Below, piece after piece: positions 32,149 through 41,821 of a DNA stretch of 64,000 bases. The first letter of the stretch is position 1, and each line of letters starts with the position of its first letter. The stretch is from a virus. A model generated the notes under the pieces. It was given only the letters and a program-made list of their open reading frames with translations, searched no databases and was not told the DNA's origin. A program made the position numbers and the translations under genes. The stretch lies in the IMG/VR virus record IMGVR_UViG_2930063435_000003. One strand, given 5' to 3'.

Positions 32149-32406
32149 CTAAAATAAAGTTAGTTGCTTCTGTTCCTCGTATTCCAAACCATGTTGCTTT
32201 ATATATATTTCGAGCTCTTCAGCAGTATCAAATGTCTTTTTAACGCTTTGCCAACCTGGCACGATATGCCCGTGAAAGTAATAAGTGCCATTCACTACAT
32301 GGATATGTGCCACTCGTTCGTTATCCTGATACAGATATCTCTTAGATCCGAAAAATTGGTTTAAGTATTCTTTGCGCGCGTTATATGTCATAGTCATTGC
32401 TCCCAC
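32149..32406 (-). CDS. Conserved staphylococcal phage protein
   Basis: RYLYQDNERVAHIHVVNGTYYFHGH; start uncertain. Confidence 0.7.
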   Translation of the reverse strand: MGAMTMTYNARKEYLNQFFGSKRYLYQDNERVAHIHVVNGTYYFHGHIVPGWQSVKKTFDTAEELEIYIKQHGLEYEEQKQLTLF

Positions 32407-32651
32407 AAGTCAAAAGCTCTTTGGACATAAAACTTCGCCTTTGCTAAATCCTCGTGTCCGTTTTTCAACGGTGCTCTAGATAGATATTTGATTGCATTAC
32501 CTATTGCAAATGCTAATTGTGGTGGATACTGCGCCGTAACCTGTTCGATAAAATCTATAATTTCAATGTCGCCGTATGTGTAGTGCGCTGGTTGCTTAAC
32601 ATTGTCTTGTATTTCATTCATATCTACTTTTCTGTTACTGATTACACTCAT
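32394..32651 (-). CDS. DUF3310 (SaV-like) protein
   Basis: VKQPAHY...GNAIKYLSRA..KNG.EDL.KA.FY. Confidence 0.8.
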   Translation of the reverse strand: MSVISNRKVDMNEIQDNVKQPAHYTYGDIEIIDFIEQVTAQYPPQLAFAIGNAIKYLSRAPLKNGHEDLAKAKFYVQRAFDLWEQ

Positions 32652-33031
32652 TATGCTTCACTCCATTTCTTGAACATTTGGTTATAAGTATTATCAAACC
32701 AGTACGGATCACGTGAATGTTTCTGAGGTACATTAAACAAGTGTGGCTTCTTTCTTCTTAGCTCAGCCTCTCTCTTTCGCTTTCTTTCCAATTTGCGTTC
32801 GAGTCTAGCTTGTTCCAGTCTTTCTATTGTTTTCTTTTCTCTGTACTCGCTTAAACGCGTACCTTCTGGTGCGTCCATTGCTTCATGTAGTTCCCAACCG
32901 TCTTTTACTCTCTTAGAAACCATTCCAGCGGTTATACCGTGACTTTCTATTAATTCCATTTCAAATTTACTGAACCTATAAGGTTTATCATTTATTGTTA
33001 CAATCCTTGCTTTTCTCGCCATTTTATCCAC
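32651..33031 (-). CDS. PVL orf50-like phage protein
   Basis: RVKDGWELHEA motif. Confidence 0.7.
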   Translation of the reverse strand: MDKMARKARIVTINDKPYRFSKFEMELIESHGITAGMVSKRVKDGWELHEAMDAPEGTRLSEYREKKTIERLEQARLERKLERKRKREAELRRKKPHLFNVPQKHSRDPYWFDNTYNQMFKKWSEA

Positions 33032-33034
33032 CTC

Positions 33035-33451
33035 TTATATTTCTTCTATTCGTATGATTATTTTGGGCTCAATTCCATAACGCTTTGAGCTAGTTATTTC
33101 TGTAATTTGGTTATCGTCTTTCCATACATGGCCATTACAAGCATCTAATACCGTTTTAATTAAGTTGTCGATATCCGGCTTAGTCACTTTATACTGCCCA
33201 ACCATTTCGCTTTTCTTTTTCTTCGACCATGATTTAAGCAATGGAAAGTAAAAGTCTAATTCGATTTTTAGTGCGCGCTCTAGATTTAACTTAGGCATTT
33301 GCCCTTGTATATACGCTTTATGCTTTGTGTAAGACGTTGGCATGTAAGTTTGAACAAATCTACCTGTATTACGAAAGCGTGGACGAGGCGACCCCATCGG
33401 CGCATTAAACACTTCATTAAATTTAATTTCTATCTCCATGTAATCCCTCAT
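33035..33451 (-). CDS. rusA: RusA Holliday junction resolvase
   Basis: KPDIDNLIK..LDA..WKDDNQI. Confidence 0.92.
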   Translation of the reverse strand: MRDYMEIEIKFNEVFNAPMGSPRPRFRNTGRFVQTYMPTSYTKHKAYIQGQMPKLNLERALKIELDFYFPLLKSWSKKKKSEMVGQYKVTKPDIDNLIKTVLDACNGHVWKDDNQITEITSSKRYGIEPKIIIRIEEI

Positions 33452-33672
33452 ATATATTCAAATAAGCTTGTTTGGTGTCCTAACTCCATTTGTTCATTAT
33501 CAATAAGTGTATTTAATTCATAATCGTCTAAATACCAACGACGACCATTAAATTTTGTTTCTTTTATTCCAACAACTAAATGCCGACCATCTTTAAAATG
33601 TGGTGTAACTGAAAACATTTTGTTGCCGTCATGATCAAATAGATAGTATTTATCAAATGCATCCATTTTCAA
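33448..33672 (-). CDS. Phage hypothetical protein
   Basis: Translationally coupled ORF in the replication module. Confidence 0.65.
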   Translation of the reverse strand: MKMDAFDKYYLFDHDGNKMFSVTPHFKDGRHLVVGIKETKFNGRRWYLDDYELNTLIDNEQMELGHQTSLFEYI

Positions 33673-34572
33673 TCACTCCCATTTGCTATTTAGACGCTTA
33701 ATAAAAGCTTCTCTGTCTTTCTCAAGGTTTTCATCTACTTCCGGCGTTTTCGTTTCTCTCGTGCTGTCTGTGAGCCATTTGGGTGTTTTTTCTTTTGATT
33801 GTTTAACGAAAGGTTTATAATTTTGTTTTTTGCTTTCAAGTTGTTGCTTTTCAAATGCACGTACTTGTTCAATAGATTTCAAGTTTGCATTAAGCCATGT
33901 ATTCAAAATGCTTTTAGCATATCCCCAAGTAACTTTGTTTCTGTCTTTAGCGATTTTAAGTGATGCGGTAACTATTTCATCTGAATCATTTTCAAATGAA
34001 TCAAGATAATAATTTAAATCGTCTAAATTGTAAGAAGTTATGAAACCGAATCCGTTATCTTGGAAGAAGTCGAAGGCGGTTGTCTTCTTCTTCTCATTAT
34101 TCACATTCTTTTCATTATTATCTTTATTATCATTATTGTTTGTGTTGGTTTGATGTTGTTTTGATGTTGGGTTGATGTTTGACTGATGTTGTTTTGATGT
34201 TGGTTTGATGTCGTTTTGATGTTGGTTCCTGCCCTGCTCACTTTGATAAAAGTCATAATTGACAATGGTTATAAGGGTATATTTTGATGTTGTTTTGACT
34301 TCTAACATTCCATCACTCTCGAGTAAGTCAAGGAAGGTTTTCACTTTAAATCGTGACCAGTTAAAAAGGTCAGACAAGGTCAAAATCGATGTTAATCTTT
34401 GTCCTCTTTCTACGGTTACAATTTGGTTTCCAATAGGCACTTTTGCCTTTGAATGATTCGCTTCCATGAGTAAATATATCCATGCTTCAAACTTTGAAAA
34501 TGTTCTCTTTTCTTTAAATAGCCAATGATTTTGAATTGAGCGATCAATACTTATCCAACCAGTCATATACAC
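33673..34572 (-). CDS. Replication initiator (DnaD-domain)
   Basis: GWISIDRSI N-terminus, WGYAKSILNTW motif, internal iterons. Confidence 0.88.
   Translation of the reverse strand: MYMTGWISIDRSIQNHWLFKEKRTFSKFEAWIYLLMEANHSKAKVPIGNQIVTVERGQRLTSILTLSDLFNWSRFKVKTFLDLLESDGMLEVKTTSKYTLITIVNYDFYQSEQGRNQHQNDIKPTSKQHQSNINPTSKQHQTNTNNNDNKDNNEKNVNNEKKKTTAFDFFQDNGFGFITSYNLDDLNYYLDSFENDSDEIVTASLKIAKDRNKVTWGYAKSILNTWLNANLKSIEQVRAFEKQQLESKKQNYKPFVKQSKEKTPKWLTDSTRETKTPEVDENLEKDREAFIKRLNSKWE
34145..34226. repeat. Iteron cluster, putative phage replication origin
   Basis: About seven (T)TGATGT(T) units at ~11-bp period next to an AT-rich tract. Confidence 0.75.
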
Positions 34573-34595
34573 ACCTCACTTTCAAACCGGTTAAA

Positions 34596-35066
34596 TTAGA
34601 ATGGTAAATCATTGTCATCTATTTCAATCGGACCATTTGCATTCGCAAACGGATTATCTTTTACTGGTTTGTTATTTGAATATTGCGATTGTCCACGTGT
34701 TTGTTGTACTTGTTGTTGATATAAATCTTGTTGAGTGTCATTTGAGTTTTTCGGTTCTAAAAATTGAATACTATCAGCAATAACTTCCGTAACGTATACA
34801 CGTTGACCTTCCTTATTTTCATAGTTCCGCGTTTGTAACCTACCATCTACGCCCGCCAACGATCCTTTAGATAGGTATTTATTAACGTTCTCTGCTTGTT
34901 TTTTAAATACGATGATATTAATAAAGTCTGCCTCGCGCTCTCCTTGTGCATTCGTAAATGTGCGGTTAACTGCTAATGTGAATGATGCTACATTTACACC
35001 ACTTTGAGTGGTTCTTAATTCTGGGTCTCTAGTTAAACGACCAACTAATATTGTTCTGTTTAGCAT
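34596..35066 (-). CDS. ssb: Single-stranded DNA binding protein
   Basis: [12 protein letters not shown]; acidic DDNDLPF tail. Confidence 0.97.
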   Translation of the reverse strand: MLNRTILVGRLTRDPELRTTQSGVNVASFTLAVNRTFTNAQGEREADFINIIVFKKQAENVNKYLSKGSLAGVDGRLQTRNYENKEGQRVYVTEVIADSIQFLEPKNSNDTQQDLYQQQVQQTRGQSQYSNNKPVKDNPFANANGPIEIDDNDLPF

Positions 35067-35771
35067 TTATAAACCTCCAACATAAACGGGCGCGCCCGTC
35101 ACTTTTTGTATTTCACTTTTAATGTATTTTGCATTTGAATTTTGACTACTTAAATGAATTAAATGTATTTCTTCGAGTCTAGTTAAATCATTTGCTTTCA
35201 ACATTCCGATAGCATGTTCTAAGCTAAAATGAGACTCCATAATTCTGTTTGCTAATGCGCTGTGTACACTGCCGTTTTTTATGTTTTCTTGCATTTGTTC
35301 ATAGATATAATTAACTTCTAACATCATGTGCGTAATGCCGTTAAATTTGTATTTCAGATACTTCGTATCAGTAACATACAGGACCTTATAACCTAATGTG
35401 CTTTGTAATAAGAAAGCCACAGGCTCGTTAGCATCATGTTCAATGTCAAATGGTAAAATTGACCACGTACCAATTCGTAGCTCTTGCTTTGCCTTAATCG
35501 TGCATAAGCGATGACTTTCAAAATCCATAGCTCGTTGTGTTCCAGCAGTCATATAGCTGATTACACCATTGTCGACAAACTGCTTTGTGTACTTTGCATG
35601 ATCACCATGTTCGTGTGTGATAAGACACCCTGCTATATGTCTTGTTTTATATTTGAAATGCTTTTGAACACGTTCAAATTTTATTCCTGCCTCAAGCAGT
35701 AACGTAGTACGTCCATCATTTAAGACGTAGCAGTTACCACTTGAACCAGTTGCTATTGTTTCAATTAAAAT
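35067..35771 (-). CDS. Metallo-beta-lactamase-fold hydrolase; extends 73 codons upstream of the called ORF
   Basis: In-frame LIETIATGSSGNCY and THEHGDH motifs lie upstream of 35552; candidate ATT start at 35771. Confidence 0.75.
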   Translation of the reverse strand: MLIETIATGSSGNCYVLNDGRTTLLLEAGIKFERVQKHFKYKTRHIAGCLITHEHGDHAKYTKQFVDNGVISYMTAGTQRAMDFESHRLCTIKAKQELRIGTWSILPFDIEHDANEPVAFLLQSTLGYKVLYVTDTKYLKYKFNGITHMMLEVNYIYEQMQENIKNGSVHSALANRIMESHFSLEHAIGMLKANDLTRLEEIHLIHLSSQNSNAKYIKSEIQKVTGAPVYVGGL

Positions 35772-36685
35772 GGCTCTTCTTCGCTTTCTTTTTCTGTTGC
35801 AGGTTCTTTTATTTCTTCAAAGTCAGATACATCAATAGGTTTTTCATTTTCTAATTCTGTGTATTGTGTTTCTTCAAAAACTGGTGGTTCAAAATCCAAT
35901 TGTTCTTGATTTGCATTTTCTTCAACTTCTGCATCCAATACTTCTTTGCGTTGACGTTGTTCAGATTCTTTAATTTGATTTGATAAAAGACTAGCGTCAT
36001 CCGTGCTGTTTAAAATCTTTTTACATGCACGGTTTATTACAGTCTTTTTAGCCATTTCTTGAGGGAATCTTCTGTGTGTACCGTCTTCTTTAAATACACC
36101 GTTATAAACCATTTGTGATTGCTTCCACGCTTCTTCAATCTCTTCAAATGTCATGATTTCAGTGTAATTTCTACTTTCATCTTTAAATACAACTGTTGCA
36201 TATGCACCGATAATGTTTTGTGTGTTTCTGTTACCAAAAGACTGTGTATGTTCAAGTTCAACAATTTTTCCGTTTTTAGTTTTATACTTAACTTCGTCAC
36301 CTTCAAATATGACTTCTGCATTAATTTCTTCTGCGCCTGCTACACGTTTAGTTACTGCCATTGTTCCGTGGTAACTTCTTTGGAATTGAACCTTATCGCC
36401 ATACATAATGAAATAGCCTTGATTCTTAGCAGGATTTAAACCTTGTACAACCATGTCCATTAAGGCGTTTGCTATGCTGGTTGAAGTTGCAAATTCCAGC
36501 GCTGGTTTATAACCATCTTTTTTAGATCCTTTTAATTCTTGCAGTTGTAACATTGCTGACTTCATTGCATTCTCAGGCGAATAGTTTGCAGGAAACTGTA
36601 AATCTCCTTGTGCTTCTAATGTCTTAACTCTAGATAGAACGTTGTCGCCCATTTTATTGTTTTTTAATAGTAATTCATTCGTCAT
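35765..36685 (-). CDS. recT: RecT-family recombinase
   Basis: GLNPAKNQGYFI, QRSYHG, EMAKKTVINRACK. Confidence 0.9.
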   Translation of the reverse strand: MTNELLLKNNKMGDNVLSRVKTLEAQGDLQFPANYSPENAMKSAMLQLQELKGSKKDGYKPALEFATSTSIANALMDMVVQGLNPAKNQGYFIMYGDKVQFQRSYHGTMAVTKRVAGAEEINAEVIFEGDEVKYKTKNGKIVELEHTQSFGNRNTQNIIGAYATVVFKDESRNYTEIMTFEEIEEAWKQSQMVYNGVFKEDGTHRRFPQEMAKKTVINRACKKILNSTDDASLLSNQIKESEQRQRKEVLDAEVEENANQEQLDFEPPVFEETQYTELENEKPIDVSDFEEIKEPATEKESEEEPF

Positions 36686-36686
36686 T

Positions 36687-38630
36687 TTATATAGTCTCCA
36701 TTCTTAATTTTTTATCTTGTTCATTTACTATCAATTGAATTTGTTGTGATTCTGTTTTGATAAGCTCTGTTACTGATTCAGCATTATCAATAAATATTGG
36801 CGCTGTAACTTTAAAATGTTTTGATAGTGTGTTGATGATATCTAAGCCAACATTAATTCTTGAGGCGTTATTTAAACCGCTGTCATACTCGACACCATTA
36901 ACCGTTGTTGAACATGTTTCTTCTAATTCGCCGTTAACTAAGGTATTGAATAGCTTAAATTCAGCAATATCAAATTCGTTATTGATGTTTTCAGTAAGCA
37001 TTTTGACTTTTGTTGTTGTAAATTCTTTTAAGATATAAAGGTCATGTGAATACTTTTCTTTTTCATCCAATAATCTGTCTTCTTCATTTCTTAATTCAGA
37101 AATAACATCATCTAGATGTTTATTTGATTTTTCGATTGATATTGACACTTCAATTTCTGATTTTTCTTGAGTAAGTTCGCTTATTTTGTCATCTATTCCT
37201 GAAACTTTATCTTGAATAGTTTTCCTGATGTTAGAGCGTTTTTGATTAATCTCATTTATCTCTAACATTACTGCTTTGTATTCGTCAGTTTGCGTAACGT
37301 CAACGTGAGTTATTTTCAACTTATTAATTTTGTTTTGTATTCTTGCTGAACGCTCTTCTGCTTCGTTGATTTTAATTTGTAAATTATTGTTGTCATCCTC
37401 TAATTTCTCGATAATTGGCTTTATTTTCTTGCCCTCTGAAATAATGTGATTGATAGATGTTTGTATTGTTTCTAATTCTTTCGATTTGTTTGCATTGAAT
37501 TTCTGCAATGCTTTTTCTCTTACCTCACTCACTTGTTCAGCTGGTAACTGTTGACCACAACAACTACATACATTGTCATCAAGATATTCAAATTTTTGAT
37601 TTTTAGCTTTTTCTAAATCACTTTTTAATCCTTTATGATTTTCTAATAATTGATTACGTCGATTTTCTTCATGTGTAATTTGTTGTTTGTTTTGCTTTAA
37701 TCTTGTTTTAAGATTCGCAACCGTTCCATTTTCAACGTGTAGCTCATTTGTTAAAGCATGTATTTTGTTCTCATTACTGGCGCTATTATTAGCTTCTATG
37801 CGCTTCAATTCTGATTGTTTATCAGCTAATTGGTTACGCAAATTAATTTCTTCTGCACCGTTTTGAATATCTATACGCTCATTTTCAAGTTGCTCAATTT
37901 CTTGTTTTATGATTGTGTGTCTATCATTATCGAATTCCGGTACATCCTGCTTATTTTGTTGCGTTTGGTTAATACGTATCGGAATATCTTTGATATCTTT
38001 GTTAATCTGTTTTATCTTGTCTGTAAGAATCTTTTTCTTTGTTTCAATTTCGTGATCTCCAAGAATATTATTTAGTTCTTTAAAATCATCATTTGTTTTA
38101 ATGACATCCTCATCATTGATTGGTTTAGCGATTTCAAACAACAAACTTCTTCGTTTCTTCCAATCTAGTAAGTTAAATGCTTGAGGGTTCGTAATTAACT
38201 TGAATACATCTTCATCAATCAGTTCATCAATACGAGCTTTATAATCCTTTACTTTTATTGATTCATCATTGATATATTGTTTCTTCGTTCGACTTCGTGA
38301 GTATTCCTTGCGATTCGTTTTTTGATTTATTGTGTATTTAGGATGTGACTCTTTTTTAAAAGTCGTAATTTTTCCGTCGATTTCAAATTCTGCGAAAACA
38401 GTCGGAATTAACTCATAATTTTCTGCGTTTTTTTCGTTTAAAGGTACAGGGTTAAATGATTTGGTTGATCCGTCCAAACCTTTATCGAAAAGCAGCCATT
38501 GTAATGCGGTTGCTGTTGTAGTCTTACCAGTCGCATTATTGCCGTATATTTTTGCATCTTTACCGTCAAAGTTAAATGTTACTTCTTTGATTCCAGCAAA
38601 GTTCGATATAGTTAACTTATTTATTTTCAT
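36687..38630 (-). CDS. SbcC/Rad50-like ATPase
   Basis: GNNATGKTT, coiled coil with CSCCGQ hook, FIDNAE. Confidence 0.85.
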   Translation of the reverse strand: MKINKLTISNFAGIKEVTFNFDGKDAKIYGNNATGKTTTATALQWLLFDKGLDGSTKSFNPVPLNEKNAENYELIPTVFAEFEIDGKITTFKKESHPKYTINQKTNRKEYSRSRTKKQYINDESIKVKDYKARIDELIDEDVFKLITNPQAFNLLDWKKRRSLLFEIAKPINDEDVIKTNDDFKELNNILGDHEIETKKKILTDKIKQINKDIKDIPIRINQTQQNKQDVPEFDNDRHTIIKQEIEQLENERIDIQNGAEEINLRNQLADKQSELKRIEANNSASNENKIHALTNELHVENGTVANLKTRLKQNKQQITHEENRRNQLLENHKGLKSDLEKAKNQKFEYLDDNVCSCCGQQLPAEQVSEVREKALQKFNANKSKELETIQTSINHIISEGKKIKPIIEKLEDDNNNLQIKINEAEERSARIQNKINKLKITHVDVTQTDEYKAVMLEINEINQKRSNIRKTIQDKVSGIDDKISELTQEKSEIEVSISIEKSNKHLDDVISELRNEEDRLLDEKEKYSHDLYILKEFTTTKVKMLTENINNEFDIAEFKLFNTLVNGELEETCSTTVNGVEYDSGLNNASRINVGLDIINTLSKHFKVTAPIFIDNAESVTELIKTESQQIQLIVNEQDKKLRMETI

Positions 38631-38638
38631 ATCTTTCC

Positions 38639-38917
38639 TCATGCTCCTTTTTTAATCTTCCGATGACCTCTTAGCACCTCGATAATTAAATTTTTTATTC
38701 GTTCATGGCTGTCTGGATTGATTTCATGTATCTGCACAAGCTTATTGTTTGTTTTGTAACTGTCGTGATAGTGCAAGAAATTAATCGATAAGTATCCGTG
38801 ATGATTACGTTCAATTTCCAATAATGCTCGTTGGTTTGACAAAGTATATTCGTCGAATAACGTCTTAAAAATATTCAATATATTTCTTTCTGTATCTCTC
38901 ATGCTTATACCTACCAT
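38639..38917 (-). CDS. Phage hypothetical protein
   Basis: Coupled ORF in the early operon. Confidence 0.65.
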   Translation of the reverse strand: MVGISMRDTERNILNIFKTLFDEYTLSNQRALLEIERNHHGYLSINFLHYHDSYKTNNKLVQIHEINPDSHERIKNLIIEVLRGHRKIKKGA

Positions 38918-39171
38918 TTCATGACTAAGTTAATTAGTCTGTCCTGTTCATCTGTGTTATTTTCAATCCATTCATAAATACTTTGTTTCAAAATATCTAA
39001 AGCTGTGTATAGATCGTTCTCGTCAGAAACTAGTAGCCCGTCAATTGAATTTCCTTCATGATCTAAAACGACTATTTCGACACTATATGCTCGCTTCTTA
39101 ACTCTTAATTGAAAATCAAAGCCATCTACATTAAATATTTTTCGACATACGTCACCCGTTTTGTAATACAT
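38911..39171 (-). CDS. Phage protein (DUF1108-like)
   Basis: MYYKTGDVCRKIFNVDGFDF...LINLVMKW. Confidence 0.75.
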   Translation of the reverse strand: MYYKTGDVCRKIFNVDGFDFQLRVKKRAYSVEIVVLDHEGNSIDGLLVSDENDLYTALDILKQSIYEWIENNTDEQDRLINLVMKW

Positions 39172-39175
39172 TGTT

Positions 39176-39478
39176 TTAGTCCTCCTTGTCGTCATCTATA
39201 CCGAGAATTTTTTGTGATTTACACATTTGGAGAACATTGACAATATCTTTATAACTCTTAGTGCTATCCAATAAGTAAGCAAGACCAAAAGTATGACCAA
39301 TCACAGAACTTGAACCTGCTAAATAATCTCCGTCGATAACTCCTATTGATGAGAAAAGCAAAATATCAAATTTACTTTCTCCCTTAATTTCTTTCGCTAA
39401 TTCATACAATTCTGCCGTTTTTTCAGATAATAAGTCTTTTATTTCTTCCTGCGTCATGTCTTTATAATTTTTAGTCAT
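39176..39478 (-). CDS. Phage protein (DUF2482-like)
   Basis: MTKNYKDMTQEEIKDLL. Confidence 0.7.
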   Translation of the reverse strand: MTKNYKDMTQEEIKDLLSEKTAELYELAKEIKGESKFDILLFSSIGVIDGDYLAGSSSVIGHTFGLAYLLDSTKSYKDIVNVLQMCKSQKILGIDDDKED

Positions 39479-39572
39479 GGTTGACTTCCTCCGTTTTTCG
39501 TTTTATATTTAACTTGAATTTTATTTCTTAAATGTTTGTTACTGTTACTTGTTGGCGCAAGTAGCAGTTTTT

Positions 39573-39734
39573 TTATTCTTCATAAAAGTATTCCTTATAG
39601 AATATGAATGTTGCGATACTTGCGAATCCTGCAATTGACCATGCTGTAGTGAAGTATAGAAACGGCATAAGTACAATCGCTAAGACTGTGAAGCATAGTA
39701 CTGCTACTAGGTAGCTTTTATAAGTTTTACTCAT
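39573..39734 (-). CDS. Small membrane protein (DUF1270-like, 53 aa, absent from ORF track)
   Basis: MSKTYKSYLVAVLCFTVLAIVLMPFLYFTTAWSIAGFASIATFIFYKEYFYEE. Confidence 0.75.
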   Translation of the reverse strand: MSKTYKSYLVAVLCFTVLAIVLMPFLYFTTAWSIAGFASIATFIFYKEYFYEE

Positions 39735-40054
39735 TTGTTGTGCCCTCCTTTGTAAATCTCATTAAAATGTTCATCTACAAACTTATGCATCCTTCTTGCG
39801 TTAAACCTCCAACGATTAAAATTCTCATCAGGATAATGTACGATACCTTGTGCTCTTAACTCTTTTTCGAGTCTAGGGTGAAATAATAACCTGTCTTTGA
39901 TTGTTTCATCAGATGCAATTTTTAATTTCTTCTTTAAGTCGCTCATGTTCCATACAGGGTCTAATGAGTAAGCTATTAACTCTTCATATTCATCTTTTGT
40001 GATAAGCACGTGTGTTTCAGGTATTGGAACTGTTACGTTTAAAATATGTGGCAT
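39731..40054 (-). CDS. DUF771-like protein
   Basis: VPIPETHVLITKDEYEEL...WRFNA. Confidence 0.7.
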   Translation of the reverse strand: MPHILNVTVPIPETHVLITKDEYEELIAYSLDPVWNMSDLKKKLKIASDETIKDRLLFHPRLEKELRAQGIVHYPDENFNRWRFNARRMHKFVDEHFNEIYKGGHNK

Positions 40055-40108
40055 TTCTATCTTTCCTTTCGTGTATAATGTTGTTATCAACCTAAGGTAG
40101 TGATAAGT

Positions 40109-40489
40109 ATGAAATTAGATCATGATTGTGTTAGACATCTTTTGTTAGAAATTGAAACTAATAAAAAGATTGGTGAACCGCTCACCGAATACAATTTCAA
40201 AGATAATGTTGTATTTGGAAAATATGATTTTGAAACTGTAATGTATGCATTATTAAAACTGGAAGAAGCAAAGTATGTTAGTGTTAAATTCGGTTGGGAA
40301 GATGGACATATTTATGGTTATACAATTAACGATATAACTTGGTCAGGGCATGAATTTTTAGATAATATCCGAGACAATCACACTTGGAAAGAAGTTAAAA
40401 AAGTCGCAAACAAAACCACTAGTATGTCCGTAACATTGCTAAGCAAATTAGCTTTTAATTATCTAACACAAAAATTTAATCTAACTTAA
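40109..40489 (+). CDS. DUF2513-like protein, opposite strand to the early operon
   Basis: MKLDHDCVRHLLL...ITWSGHEFLDNIRD; TATAAT at 40074-40079. Confidence 0.8.
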   Translation: MKLDHDCVRHLLLEIETNKKIGEPLTEYNFKDNVVFGKYDFETVMYALLKLEEAKYVSVKFGWEDGHIYGYTINDITWSGHEFLDNIRDNHTWKEVKKVANKTTSMSVTLLSKLAFNYLTQKFNLT

Positions 40490-40673
40490 ATTCTTTTCCA
40501 TCTATTAATCCATAAAAGTTATTTTTTAAATGCGGATGTCTTTCAAGCGTCATTTCAATAAAACGCTGGTCTATCATTAAGTCGTAGCCATCGTTGTATT
40601 GAATATTAACGGGTCGTCTATTACATTCTTCGTCATAGTAGTAATAGATGACTTTTTTGTTTTGAGCTTGCAT
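40476..40673 (-). CDS. Phage hypothetical protein
   Basis: MQAQNKKVIYYYYDE after AGGAGG. Confidence 0.7.
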   Translation of the reverse strand: MQAQNKKVIYYYYDEECNRRPVNIQYNDGYDLMIDQRFIEMTLERHPHLKNNFYGLIDGKEFKLD

Positions 40674-40688
40674 TGTTCGTTCCTCCTA

Positions 40689-41441
40689 TTAAGATGTTTG
40701 TTTTTCTCCTAAAAACTTATTAACAAAGTATTGTTGTCCTTTGCCTGTTACTTTTGGCGTCTTACTAATTGATGTGTGACCGTCCGAATGTGTGATTGAT
40801 GTTTCTTTAATTTCGAATAACTCACGTTCCATTGAATACTGTGTAGGCATGTTATAATCCACACCCTTGCGTTTAATAAGGAATCCGTTTTGACGTAACC
40901 ACTCAAACAATCTGCGTTGCCCGATGTTTATACCGTTTTGTTTAATGATCTTTGCTAACTCTCCAACTAAAATTGATGTCTTAGTAGTAGCTACTGCATC
41001 TGCAAATACAATTTTTGGTTTATCACGTTCAATCTTTGTTTCTAATTGATTGATTGTGTTGTTAGCAATTTTTAAAGCACGTTGCATAATCATTTCTGGG
41101 CTATTCCATGCTTTTTCAACTTGGATGAAGTATTGTCTTGCACGTTTGCCAGGTTCACTACGTTGAATCATTGCAATCTCTTTTGCAGTGTCTAGTGTGA
41201 GTGCGTGGTCAGTTTGATTCTGACGACCTCCTAGTGGGTTATGGACAAAAATGTCCGTGACTATATAATCGATATTTTCTTCAAATCCGTAATCACTCAT
41301 TCTTTCAAACCATTTTTTGTATGGAGTCTTAACCTCTAATGCTTGATGAAGTTCTCGACCGCTGATTGCGATTTCTCCATTTTCTTTTTCTTGTATGTTG
41401 AACATTTCGCCTATGTTCGATTTTGTTTGTAATGCTTGCAT
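40689..41441 (-). CDS. ant: Antirepressor (AntA/AntB + KilAC)
   Basis: SGRELHQALEV, KPKIVFADAV, TPKVTGKGQQYF. Confidence 0.9.
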   Translation of the reverse strand: MQALQTKSNIGEMFNIQEKENGEIAISGRELHQALEVKTPYKKWFERMSDYGFEENIDYIVTDIFVHNPLGGRQNQTDHALTLDTAKEIAMIQRSEPGKRARQYFIQVEKAWNSPEMIMQRALKIANNTINQLETKIERDKPKIVFADAVATTKTSILVGELAKIIKQNGINIGQRRLFEWLRQNGFLIKRKGVDYNMPTQYSMERELFEIKETSITHSDGHTSISKTPKVTGKGQQYFVNKFLGEKQTS

Positions 41442-41491
41442 ATTGTTTGTGCTCCTTTCTGCTATACTCCTATTAAGGAGGTGAATGACTT

Positions 41492-41821
41492 ATGACTGAT
41501 GAAGCTAAATTTGTCCTTTTACAACTTTATTCAATTTACCTTGGTAGAATTGACGAAGGTATGTCTAAACATTCTGCATCTTATTTCGGTAGTGATGAAT
41601 CCTCATTTAACGCTTTCTTTTTAGGTTTTAATTTTGAAGACTATATCGATGCAGTTCTTGAATTAAAGCATAGAGATTTTGTAATTGCTTCTGCTGAAGA
41701 TGGCGGTTTTCTTGAGATGGCTCTTTCTCGAGAAGGTATCGCCTACTCAGAATCAGAATCCAAAAAAGATTACAAAACACTTATGGGTTTAATTAGAGAT
41801 TTGAAAAAATTAATAATCTAA
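41492..41821 (+). CDS. Hypothetical moron protein, opposite strand
   Basis: TG-C-TATACT (41460-41468) and AAGGAGGTG RBS; 109 aa. Confidence 0.75.
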   Translation: MTDEAKFVLLQLYSIYLGRIDEGMSKHSASYFGSDESSFNAFFLGFNFEDYIDAVLELKHRDFVIASAEDGGFLEMALSREGIAYSESESKKDYKTLMGLIRDLKKLII

